Origin: Mobula hypostoma
Lineage: Eukaryota
Length of the DNA stretch: 64,000 nucleotides
Assembly (NCBI RefSeq): GCF_963921235.1
Contig: NC_086097.1
Location: 102,674,001 to 102,738,000, forward strand
Reading direction: 5' to 3'
A program made the translations under genes and the position numbers. A model generated the notes under the pieces. The model had not been told where the DNA came from, made no database searches, and saw nothing but the letters and a program-made list of their open reading frames with translations. Shown here piece after piece: positions 39,801 to 51,357 of the stretch. Numbering within the stretch: position 1 is the first letter of the stretch; the number at the start of each line of letters is the position of its first letter.

Positions 39801-41523
39801 AAGATTAAGGAAGAAGTAGTGTTGGATCTTCTTAAAAACATCAAGATTGATAAGTCCCCAGGGCTGGATGTGATATACCCCAGGTTGCTGTGGGAAGTGA
39901 GAGAAGAGATTGCTGGAACAGTAGCTATGATCTTTGAAGCTTCTTTGGTTGTAGGGGAGGTGCCGGAGGATTGGAGAATGGCAAATGTAGTTTCCTTGTT
40001 TAAAAAAGGTAATAGGGAGAATCCTGGGAACTATAGACCGATGAGTCTTGTGTACAAACTATTGGAAAGGATTCTTAAGGATAGGATCTACAAGCATTTG
40101 GAGAAGTACACTCTACTCAAGGATAGTCAACATGGCTTTGTGAAGGGAAGGTCGTGCCTCACAAGCCTAATTGAGTTTTTTGAAGAGGTAACAAAAGAAA
40201 TTGATGAGGGTAGGGCAGTAGATGTGGTCAACATGGATTTTAGCAAGGCATTTGACAAGGTCCCCCACGAGAAACTCGTCCAGAAAGTCATGAGGCATGG
40301 GATCAGTGGAACCTTGGCTGTTTGGATAAAAAATTGGCTTACAGGAGGAAAGCAGAGGGTAGTAGTGGAAGGAAAGTATTCTGCCTGGAGTTCGGTGACT
40401 AGTGGAATGCCGCAAGGATCTGTCCCGGGACCCCTGCTCTTTGTGATTTTTATAAATGACCTGAATAAAGAGGCAGAAGGATGGGTGAGTAAGTTTGCAG
40501 ATGACTTGAAGATTGGAGAAGTTGTGGATGGAGCTGTAGGTTGTCAAAGGGTACAAGAGGATATAAACAGGATGCGGAGTTGGACAGAAAAGTGGCAGAT
40601 GGAGTTCAATCCAGATAAGTGTAAGTGTGAGTTTAAGAGTGTGGATGAACAGAGGAACCTTGGGGTTCAAATCCATACATCTCTCAAGGTCGCTGCACAG
40701 GTCGATAGGATAGTTAAGAAGGCCTATGGGATGCTAGGCTTCATTAATAGGGGGATTGAGTTCAAGAGTAGAGAGGTCATGTTGCACTCTACAAATCTCT
40801 GGTGAGACCACACTTAAGAGTATTGCGTTCAGTTCTGGTCACCTCATTATAGGAAGAATGTGGAGGCTATGGAGAGGGTGCAGAGGAGATTTATCAGGAT
40901 GTTGCCTGGATTGGAAAACAAGTCTTATGAGGCAAGTTGACCAGAGCTGGGACTTTTCTCTTTGGGGCGTAGAATGATGAGAGGGGACTTGATAGAGGTC
41001 TGCAAGATTATGAGAGCCATGGATAGGGTGGATAGCCAGTACCTGTTTCCCAGGGCATGAATAGCAAACACCAGAGGGCATATGTACAAAGTTAAGGGAG
41101 GGAAGTTTAGGGGAGACATCAGGGGTAAGTTTTTTACACAGAGGGTTGTGGGTGACTGGAATGACTTGCCAGGGATGGTGGTGGAGGCTAAAACATTAGG
41201 GGTGTTTAAGAGCCTCTTGGACAGGCACATGGATGAAAGAAAAATGGAGGGTTACGGAGTAGTATGGGTTTAGTACTTTTTAGGAATATATGGGTCAGCA
41301 CAACATCAAGGGCCAAAGGGCCTGTACTGTGCTGTAGTATTCTAGTGTCTTGTGTCTCGTGACAGAACCAGGTCTAAATGTTGTTTCAGTTGTACCAGAC
41401 TTGTGTTATCATTTTGTTTAATGTGGCATTTTTTAAAGAATAGTTCAGTGGTTAGAGCTGTTAACTCAGTGTCAGAGACCCCAGTTCAATGCTTGTTGAA
41501 TTTGCACATTCTCCTTGTGATCA

Positions 41524-43196
41524 TCACATAAATAATCTTCTGGAAATAGTAGGGGACAGAGGGTCTAGTGAGATGGAGGAACTGAGGGAAGTGGTGTTAG
41601 GTAAATTGAAGGGATTAAAGGCAGATAAATCCCCAGGGCCAGATGGTCTGCATCCCAGAGTGCTTAAGGAAGTAGCCCAAGAAATAGTGGATGCATTAGT
41701 GATAATTTTTCAAAACTCTTTAGATTCTGGACTAGTTCCTGAGGATTGGAGGGTGGCTAATGTAACCCCAGTTTTTAAAAAAGGAGGGAGAGAGAAACCG
41801 GGGAATTATAGACCGGTTAGCCTAACATCGGTGGTGGGCAAAATGCTAGAGTCAGTTATCAAAGATGTGATAACAGCACATTTGGAAAGTGGTGAAATCA
41901 TCAGAGAAAGTCAGCATGGATTTGTGAAAGGAAAATCATGTCTGACGAATCTCATAGAATTTTTTGAGGATGTAACTGGTAGAGTGGATAGGGGAGAACC
42001 AGTGGATGTAGTATATTTGGATTTTCAAAAGGCTTTTGACGAGGTCCCACACAGGAGAATAGTGTGCAAACTTAAAGCACACGGTATAGGGGGTAAGGTA
42101 TTGATGTGGATAGAGAATTGGTTGGCAGACAGGAAGCAAAGAGTGGGAATAAACGGGACCTTTTCAGAATGGCAGGCAGTGACTAGTGGGGTACCGCAAG
42201 GCTCAGTGCTGGGACCCCAGTTGTTTACAATATATATTAATGACTTAGATGAGGGAATTAAATGCAGCATCTCCAAGTTTGCAGGTGACACGAAGCTGGG
42301 CGGCAGTGTTAGCTGTGAGGAGGATGCTAAGAGGATGCAGGGTGACTTGGATAGGTTAGGTGAGTGGGCAAATTCATGCAGATGCAATTTAATGTGGATA
42401 AATGTGAGGTTATCCATTTTGGTGGCGAAAACAGATTATTATCTGAATGGTGGCCGATTAGGAAAAGGGGAGGTGCAACGAGACCTGGGTGTCATTATAC
42501 ACCAGTCATTGAAAGTGGACATGCAGGTACAGCAGGCGGTGAAAAAGGCGAATGGTATGCTGGCATTCATAGCAAGAGGATTCGAGTACAGGAGCAGGGA
42601 GGTACTACTGCAGTTGTACAAGGCCTTGGTGAGACCACACCTGGAGTATTGTGTGCAGTTTTGGTCCCCTAATCTGAGGAAAGCCATCCTTGCCATAGAG
42701 GGAGTACAAAGAAGGTTCACCAGATTGATTCCTGGGATGGCAAGACTTTCAGATGATGAAAGACTGGATCGACTAGGCTTATACTCGTTGGAATTTAGAA
42801 GATTGAGGGGGGATCTTATTGAAACGTATAAAATCCTAAAGGGATTGGACAGACTAGATGCAGGAAGATTGTTCCCGATGTTGGGGAAGTCCAGAACGAG
42901 GGGTCACAGTTTGAGGATAAAGGGGAAGCCTTTTAGGACCGAGGTTAGGAAAAACTTCTTCACACAGAGAGTGGTGAATGTGTGGAATTCTCTGCCACAG
43001 GAAACAGTTGAGGCCAGTTCATTGGCTATATTTAAGACGGAGTTAGATATGGCCCTTGTGGCTAAAGGAATTGGGGGTATGGGGGGAAGGCTGGTATAGG
43101 GTTCTGAGTTGGATGATCAGCCATGATCATACTGAATGGCGGTGCAGGCTCAAAGGGCCGAATGGCCTACTCCTGCACCTATTTTCTATGTTTCTA
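41524..43196 (+). mobile_element. 5'-truncated CR1 inserted into a tRNA-SINE (halves about 41443-41523 and 43197-43440)
   Basis: RT ORF 41489..43099 and (ttctatgt) tail. SINE A/B boxes lie upstream and the SINE core tgggcttcc..ggtgctctgg..cctcccacatcccaaag resumes downstream. Confidence 0.9.
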
Positions 43197-43490
43197 TGGG
43201 CTTCCATGGGTGCTCTGGCTACCTCCCACATCCCAAAGTCATGCAGATGGGTTGATTATCTGGCTGCTATAAATTGCCCCTTTGTGTTTGAATAGTAGAA
43301 TCAGGTGTGAGTTGATGAGAGTGTGGGGAGAACAAAGTGGCGTTTATCGAGGATTGCTGTAAATGCATCGTAGCTGATGGACATGGAGGGAGTTCCATGG
43401 TGGTTGATGATTGAAAGCGCTTGTTTTTTTCTGTGCTGCATATCTCTGACATCATTTTGATCAGTTTTCCTTTTTCCCTGTTTACTTTAG

Positions 43491-43584
43491 ACAACTACGA
43501 TCCAATCATTATGCATCCTGACCTCGGCTGTGGCACTCATATAGGAAGCTGTGGGCATGTGATGCATGCCACCTGCTGGCAAAA
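43491..43584 (+). CDS. UBR1: UBR1 coding exon 8, RING core ([32 protein letters not shown])
   Basis: Polypyrimidine tract plus ttag| acceptor, |gtaagt donor; 94 nt. GSCGHxMHxxCWQ RING-H2 motif. Confidence 0.96.
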
Positions 43585-43919
43585 GTAAGTTAATACAAGA
43601 ATGTGCTGTGCATCTTTCAGATCCAGTGCTGGGAATGAGTTTTGATTTGTCATTAATGTTCATCTTTGTGTCAGAGTACTAAAACCACTTCTAAAATTCA
43701 TATCTAAAATTAAGGCCAAATGCATCTCAGTATCTCCCATGTTCACGTGCTGAGCTACTAAAAATAGTTGGTGGTTTTTAACTATTAACAACAGTCCTTC
43801 TGTTATAAAATAGCTTACAGAGCCAGCTACAATCCTTACTGACATTTTCTTTCCAGGAGCTGCCACCTGAAACTCTCCATCCCCAAGTACCTTTGCAACA
43901 ATTTGTTGAAAAAAAAAAG

Positions 43920-45330
43920 TGGAGATGGCCAAAAGATCAGCATGGACATGATGGGCTGAAGGGCCCATTTCTGTATCCTGTTCCTCAATAGATAAAGGAG
44001 TAGCATGAACATGTATCCTGCTCCTCAATAGATACAGGAGTAGGCCCCACCATTCAATATCATTATGGCTGATCCATGCTGACCTCAAATCCTCTTCTGT
44101 ACCGATTTTCCATTACCTTAATTCTTCTACCTTTTGCATATTTATGTGTCTCCACCGTAAATGTATCTGATGACTAGGCCTTCACTATCCTTGGTGGGGG
44201 GGGGGGCAGAGAATTCCAGAAACTCATTCCCGTCTCAGAGAAGGAACTTAACAAATCTGCATTTCAGTTTTTAATGGATGGCCCCTTATTTTGTAGCTAT
44301 GTCCTCTTGTTTGTGATTCTTCTAAAGGGTGGAAACACATCAATATCTACCCTGTAACGCACTCTTTCATTTCTTGTGTTTAAATAAAGTTGCCTGTTGT
44401 TCTAACCTTAGTGAATACAGAACCAAACTACCTAACTTGTTTTGATAGGACAACTTTCTCATTTCATGAATTAGCCTGGTGAATTTCCTCCAATGCCACT
44501 ATAAGACCTTAAGATATAGAAGCAGATGCAGGCAATTCAGCCCATCGAGTCTGCTCCACCATTCAATCATGGGCTGATCCAATTCTTCCAGTCATCTCCA
44601 CTCCCCTGCTTTCACCCCATGCCCTTTGATGCCCTGGCTAATCAAGAACCTATCTATCTCTGCCTTAAATGCACCCAATGACTTGGCCTCCACAGCCGCT
44701 CATGGCAACAAATTCCACAGATTTACCACCCTCTGACTAAAGTAATTTCTCCGCATCTCAGTTTTAAATGGACGTCCTTCAATCCCGAAGTCGTGCCCTC
44801 TTATCCTAGAATCCCTTACCATGGGAGATATTACTACGTCGACTCAGGCCTCGGGGGCTGGCGTCAGGCAAAATGGGAGATAACTTTGCCATATCTAATC
44901 TGTTGAGGCTTTTTAACATTCTGAATGTTTCTATGAGATCCCCCCTCATTCTCCTGAACTCCAGGACATACGGCCCAAGAGCTGCCAGATGTTTCTCATA
45001 CAGTAACCCTTTCATTCCTAGAATCATTCTCGTGACTCTTCTCTGAACCCTATCCAACGTCAGTATATCCTTTCTAAAGTAAGGAGCCCAAAACTGCACA
45101 CAATACTCCAAATACACACTGCATCCTTTTTAAGATAATAGACCAAAATTATGCACAGGATTTGAGGTATGACTTTACCAACACCTTGTCCAACTGACAC
45201 CAAACCTCGCTGTACTTGAACTTCAACAACTTCACAATAAATGATATCATGCCATTTGCTGTCTTACCAGGAAAGTGAATGAAGGCAAGGTTGTGGATGT
45301 TGTCTACATGGACTTCAGTACGACTGTAGA
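43920..45330 (-). mobile_element. Nested CR1 3' fragments (old copy interrupted by a younger copy at about 44500-45110)
   Basis: YLEYCVQFWAPY...RGDLIETF (44806..45117) and CR1 3' UTRs on the minus strand. Confidence 0.75.
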
Positions 45331-45854
45331 CCATAAGATATAGGAGCAGAATTAGGCCATTTGGCCCATTGAGTCTGCTTCACCATTCAATCATGGCTGA
45401 TCCTTTTTCCGCTCCTCAGCCGCATTCTTGGCCTTCTCCCTTTAGCCTTTGATACCGTGTCCAATTAAGAACCTAGCAATCTCTGCCTTAAATACACCCA
45501 GCGACCTGGCCTTCAGCTGCCTATGGTAACAGAAACCACAAATCCACCACACTCTGGCCAAAGAAATTTTTCTGCATCTGTTTTAATAGGACACCCCTCT
45601 CTCCAGAGGCTGTGCCCTCTTGTCCTGGTCTCCCCCACCATGGGAAACATCCTTTCCACATCTACTATATTTAGGCCTTTCAACATTAGAAAGGTTTCAA
45701 TGAGCTCCTTCCCCCCCCACCCCCATCCTTCTAAATTCCAATGAATACAGACTCAGAGCTATCAAACGTTCCTTGTAAGATATCCATTTCATTCCCATAA
45801 TCATCCTTGTGAATCTCATCTGAACCCTGTCCAATGCCAACACATTTTTTCTTA

Positions 45855-46727
45855 GCAACACACATCAAAGTTGCTGGTGAACGCAGCAGGCCAGGCAGCA
45901 TCTGTAGGAAGAGGTGCAGTCGACGTTTCAGGCCGAGACCCTTCGTCAGGACTAACTGAAGGAACAGTGAGTAAGGGATTTGAAAGTAGGAGGGGGAGGG
46001 GGAGATCCAAAATGATAGGAGAAGACAGGAGGGGGAGGGATAGAGCCAAGAGCTGGACAGGTGATAGGCAAAAGGGGATACGAGAGGATCATGGGACAGG
46101 AGGTCCGGGAAGAAAGACAAGGGGGGGGGGGACCCAGAGCATGGGCAAGAGGTATATTCAGAGGGACAGAGGGAGAAAAAGGAGAGTGAGAGAAAGAATG
46201 TGTGCATAAAAATAAGTAACAGATGGGGTACGAGGGGGAGGTGGGGCCTTAGCGGAAGTTAGAGAAGTCGATGTTCATGCCTTCAGGTTGGAGGCTACCC
46301 AGACAGAATATAAGGTGTTGTTCCTCCAACCTGAGTGTGGCTTCATCTTTACAGTAGAGGAGGCCGTGGATAGACATGTCAGAATGGGAATGGGATGTGG
46401 AATTAAAATGTGTGGCCACTGGGAGATCCTGCTTTCTCTGGCGGACAGAGCGTAGATGTTCAGCAAAGCGGTCTCCCAGTCTGCGTCGGGTCTCGCCGAT
46501 ATATAAAAGGCCACATCGGGAGCACCGGACGCAGTATATCACCTCAGTCGACTCACCTGGAAGGACTGTTTGGGGCCCTGAATGGTGGTAAGGGAGGAAG
46601 TGTAAGGGCATGTGTAGCACTTGTTCCGCTTACACGGATAAGTGCCAGGAGGGAGATCAGTGGGGAGGGATGGGGGGGGGACGAATGGACAAGGGAGTTG
46701 CGTAGGGAGCGATCCCTGCGGAATGCG
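45855..46727 (-). mobile_element. Penelope-like element, second copy (GIY-YIG plus terminal repeat)
   Basis: ORF 46249..46620 VIYCVRCSRCGLLYIGET...; nearly identical to 36349-37248. Confidence 0.92.
45918..45953 (-). ncRNA. Minimal type-I hammerhead ribozyme motif
   Basis: Identical 36-mer to 36413-36448. Confidence 0.85.
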
Positions 46728-47509
46728 GAACCCAGAACTGTTCACAGTACTCAAGGTGAGGCCTCACCAGCCTTATAAAGCCTCAGCATCACATCCTTGA
46801 CCTCTTGAAATGAATGCTAACATCGCATTTGCCTTCCTCACCTCCAACTCTACCTGCAAGTTAACCTTTAAGGTGTTCTGCACAAAGTCTCCTAAGTCCC
46901 TTTGCATCTCAGATCTTTGGATTTTCTCCCCATTCAGAAAATAGTTTGAACATTTATTTCTTTTACCAAAGTGCGTGACCATGCATTTTCCAACATTGTA
47001 TTTCATTTGCCACTTCCTTGCCCATTCTCCTAATCTATCTAAGTCCTTCTGCAGCCTACATATTTCCTCAACACTACCTGTCCCTCCACCAATCTTTGTA
47101 TCATCTGCAAACTTGGGAACAAAGCCACTTATTCTATCATCTAAATGAATGATATATAGCATAAAAAGAAATGGTCCCAATACCAAATCCTGCGAAACAC
47201 CACAAGTCAATAGACAATAGACGATAGGTGCAGGAGTAGCCCATTCGGCCCTTCAAGCCAGCACAGCCATTCACTGTGATCATGGCTGATCATCCCCAAT
47301 CAGTATCCAGTTCCTGCCTTATCCCCATAACCTTTGATTCTGCTATCTTTAAGATCTCTATCCATCTCTTTCTTGAAAGCATCCAGAGACTTGGCCTCCA
47401 CAGCCTTCTGGGGCAGAGCATTCCATATATCCACCAGTCTCTGGGTGAAAAAGTTATTCCTCAGCTCCGTTCTAAATGGCAGCCATCCAGAAAAGGATCC
47501 TTTTCTGAA

Positions 47510-48600
47510 AAGTAAGGCATTTGACAAGGTCCCACCTGGGAGGCTGGTCAAGAAGGTTCAGTCACTCAGCATTCAGGACGAGGTAGTAAATTGGATTGGA
47601 CATTGGCTTTGTGGGAGAAGCCAGAGAGCAGTAGTAGAGGTTACCTCTTTGACTGGAGGCCTGTAACTAGTGGAGTGCCACAGGGATTGGTGCTGGGTCT
47701 ATTGCTGTTTGTCATCTGGATCAATGATCTGGATGATAATGTGGAAAACTGGATCAGCAAATTTGCAGATGACACCAAGATTGGGGGTTTAGTGGACAGT
47801 GAGGAAGGATGATGGCAGGTGGAATCGAGTGCAGACAAGTGTGAGGTTTTACGTTTCAGTAGGACCAACCAGGATAGGTCTTACAAAGTGAACAGCAGGA
47901 CACTGAGGAGTGTGTAGTACAAAGGGATCTGCAAATACAGATGCATATTTGTTGAAAGCGGCATCACAGGTGGATAGGGTTGTAAAAAAAATCTTTTGGC
48001 ACATTGGCTTCATACATCAGTGCATTGAGTACAGGAGATGGGATGTTATGCTGAAGTTGTATAAGGCGTTGATGAACCTAATTTGGAGTATTGCGTGCAG
48101 TTTTGGTCACTTTCCTGCAGGAAATATGTAAACAAGATTGAAAGAGTGCAGAGAAAATTCACAAGGATGTTGCTGGGTCTGAAGGACCTGAGTTAGAAGA
48201 AAAGGTCGAATAGGTTAGGACTTTATTCCTTGTAATGTAGAAGATTGAGAGGAAATTTGATAGAGGTATACAGAATTGTGAGGGTTATAGATAGGGTACA
48301 TGTAAGCAGGCTTTTTTCCACTAAAGCTGGGTGGGACTACAACCAGAGGTCATGGCTTAAGGGTGAAAGGTGAAAAGATAAAGGAGAAAATTAGGGGAAT
48401 CTTTTTCACTCAGGGTCGTACCTGCACGAGTGGTCCATGTGAGCTTGATTTCAATGTTTATGTGAAGTTTGGATAAGTACATAGTGGGGATATGTTGGGC
48501 TAAAGTCCTGGTGCAGGCAGTTTAAAAGGTTTTGGTATGGACCAGATGGGCTGAAGGGCCTGTTTCTGTGCTGTATTTCTCTATGACTCTTTGATTCTAT
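47510..48600 (+). mobile_element. Degraded CR1 RT region and 3' end
   Basis: SGVPQG...[13 protein letters not shown] (47591..47812) and 3' UTR. Confidence 0.82.
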
Positions 48601-50216
48601 AAAGTGGTCCGGATGACTCCATTTGTTGTCTTGCCAACTTTGAGTAGTTTATACACTAGAACACCAAATTTTTCTTTAATCCCAATTTTCATTCCACTCA
48701 CTGAAGTACATGGCCTTGCACTTCCCACATTAAGGTCTGTTTGCTGGGATTTCAGCAATTATTCAATCTATCTGACAGAATCACAATGTCCTCTTTAGAA
48801 CAATGTCCAGCTATCTGTTGTCATTTCATTGATATACTTGGAAGCATTGCATCTCTGGCTTGAAAAGCACACATTTATTCCAACTTTTATTTCTATGTGA
48901 CAACCAGTTTTCAGTTCTGGTCACACACTTTTCGTCCCAGGTATACTTAAAGCAGAGCTTCATAGGTTCTTATTTAGTAAGGGTATCAAAGGGGTTAAGA
49001 GGGTTAATAAATCAGCCATGATGGAATGTCAGAATAGACTCGATGGGCCAAATAGCTTAATTCTGCTCCTATGTCTTATAATTTTCTGGTCTTCCTGCAT
49101 TACCTTGAGCTCTTAATCAATGCACCAACCTCTTATGTGGCACCCAACCTATCAAATGCCTTTTGGAAATCCAAATATGCTACCAGCTTCCCCTCTACCG
49201 ACACACCCTGTCATATCCTCAGAATTTAAGCAAACCTTTCATTGAAACCATGTAGACAAAATTTGAGATTTAACTTTGCAGAAATTCCTTTTTTGATTAT
49301 TAATTCTGGCATCTTTACAGAAAAAGATGTTACACTAAGTGGCTTAAAGCACCCCCCACACCATGCTATCCTTGTGCCTTCCGACAATTTTGAGCAAGGG
49401 AGTCATATTGGTGTTACGTACCCCGTAACTGGGTTGCCAAGCCAGCAGAAATGGATCACTCAGTTGGAGTCTGGATTACTGGAACTAAGAACGCTTTATT
49501 AAAGAAACACGCAACACAGTACTCTAATGAGAAGGATAATAAATGCAACAGTTCAGCAATGATAAACACACATGTACACAGAATTAGGATAACAGGATCA
49601 ATCAAGCTCTATCGCCGTCTAGGGGTAAGTGACCAGTTTCAAAGTGACGCAAAGTTCAGTTCAACTGAGTTCAGTTCAGTTCACAGTAATCACTGCCGTG
49701 GTGATGGACAGTGGGGGGAAGGAGAGAGAGAGCAAAAACGAATAAATATTCAAACGGCTTCCACACACACCTTCGATATTCTTCGCGGTCAGCTTTCGGG
49801 CGAGCCCTTTGTGATGTCTTCTGAGGTCACCGACCGTGACCCCTCCGTTTCCAGATACGATCGCTTCTCTGCGGTGAACCTGGCACTTAGGCAAGGGCAG
49901 ACACACATCAGGTTCCCGCCGATCGTACCTTTCCACCCTGTGCGTCTATGGCTTAGTCCCGCGACCAGCCCTCCAAAACTTCCCACCGACTTGTGGGAAG
50001 CGCACCGCTTCCGGGGTCTCGTTACCTCGTGGTGTCGTGTCTCGGCCGGATCCTTTAAGGATTTTTACCGGGGTAATAATTACAAACATGAATACGTTAT
50101 TTGATACACACAAATATACATCTTCATCAGCTATTTGGCTGACACAGCGAATTTTAAGTTGTCAACACCTGACAGACAGTCAGCCATCACATTTTCTGTT
50201 CCTTTTATATGTGTTA

Positions 50217-51158
50217 TTAACAATCCCTCAAACCAGGCTCCAACTTAGCAAACTTCATAGTGGCCAAAAACACTGATGAATTGTGATCAGTGTAACCTCT
50301 CATTGGGTTTCGTCCCGGACCACAATAACAAGGGTTGTCCCATTCCGACTTAGTTTTCTCTCGCAAGGGCTTAGTAGGAGGGGGAGGGGTGGTAACTGCA
50401 GAGTTATTGCAAAACTTCCTACAGTACCCCACCATCTCCAAGAGCCTTCTGAGGGCCCACTCGTCTGTCGGGGTTGGGATGTCAGAGATAGCCCGCACTT
50501 TAGCTTGCATCGCTGCCAGCTGCCCCTGTGTTACCACAATTCCCAGATAAGTGACCTTCGTGTGGCCGAACTCATTTTTTTCAAGGTTCACTATCAAGCT
50601 GGCTTCAGACAGCCGTATCACATCGCCAATACACACTTCTGTGTTCGTCAGCCCTTTCGTCACTGAATTACTCATTCTATGGGGTTGTTGCTCACTAGGC
50701 TGACCTAGCGTAACAAACACCACCCAACGTCCCAGTTCTTTGCATCGCCTTGGGACAATCAAACACACGTGTGTGAGTCGTTTAATTACTTCTCCTAAAG
50801 AGTCGCTTTGTTCGGGGATTAAGGGAGAGACCTTATCAGCAGAGCTGGCCAAAACAATAGCCTTCTCCCATCTGGTCGATACCATACTCATCTTTTCAAA
50901 ATGGTGTTTTTTTCTTATCAGGGGAACCCTAGCTTCATTGATTTCCGCACTAACACCGACTAGGTTTGTTAGCATATCAAAAGCCTGTGACCGTCTCAGT
51001 TCGCGTTTGCCATAATCAATAACATCCTTCCTCCTGTGCAGCCAGTAAACCTCTTTCATGATTCCACCAACTGTTTCCTCCAGTACCTCAAAATGTCCAC
51101 CGAGGGGTACCTTGTGGGCCAGGTTAAAAATCTCCTCCCCATAACTCTTTTGCACCAC
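50217..51158 (-). pseudogene. Deleted pol remnant: integrase zinc-binding start fused to RT C-terminus
   Basis: LAH.VPLGGH...YW...RKDV (integrase N-terminus) followed by L.VNLEK.EF....VTYLG and LRRLL.MVGYCRKF (RT); catalytic cores absent. Confidence 0.75.
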
Positions 51159-51357
51159 CCCCCATTCCTCATCTGTGGGTACGGTACTTGGTCCTCCCTT
51201 TCCTCCTTAGCACTTCCTCCTCCACACAATAGCCTACTGGCTCCCTTCTTAATTCTGCATCAGAGAGAGCTGTCTCCGCCAAAACCATCAGCCCCTCGTC
51301 TCGCTCCTGCGCCTGCACAAATTCCTTCCTGGCTAATGCTAAGTCTTTCTCAGCTCC

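Larger units (their letters stand above)
34870..41360 (+). mobile_element. Near full-length CR1 (ORF1 SGNH esterase, ORF2 endonuclease and RT) carrying five nested insertions
   Basis: ORF1 WVTVRR, VIGDS, TNDIG, DGLHLN; ORF2 YFNARSI, YRPP, MGDFN, ESDHN, NPKAFY, KFADD; 3' UTR with (ctagtgt)-like tail. Confidence 0.9.
45328..47500 (-). mobile_element. CR1 fragment interrupted by a Penelope copy and by a young CR1 3' end (about 47209-47477)
   Basis: KFADDTKIGG ORF 46773..47210. The nested copy ends GYGDKAGTGY, the same subfamily as 1-1581. Confidence 0.82.

Noticed and set aside
41443..41523. tRNA gene
   Set aside because: A/B-box-like sequence without a cloverleaf; it continues into a SINE core after the CR1 insertion.
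41489..43099. 536-aa RT ORF as an active or domesticated gene
   Set aside because: It is 5'-truncated with no endonuclease, the catalytic FADD is mutated to FAGD, a compensated frameshift gives the foreign stretch SCRCNLMWINVRLSILVAK, and the start codon comes from the flanking SINE.
49451..50104. 217-aa plus-strand ORF
   Set aside because: It lies antisense within LTR sequence and has no recognisable motifs.
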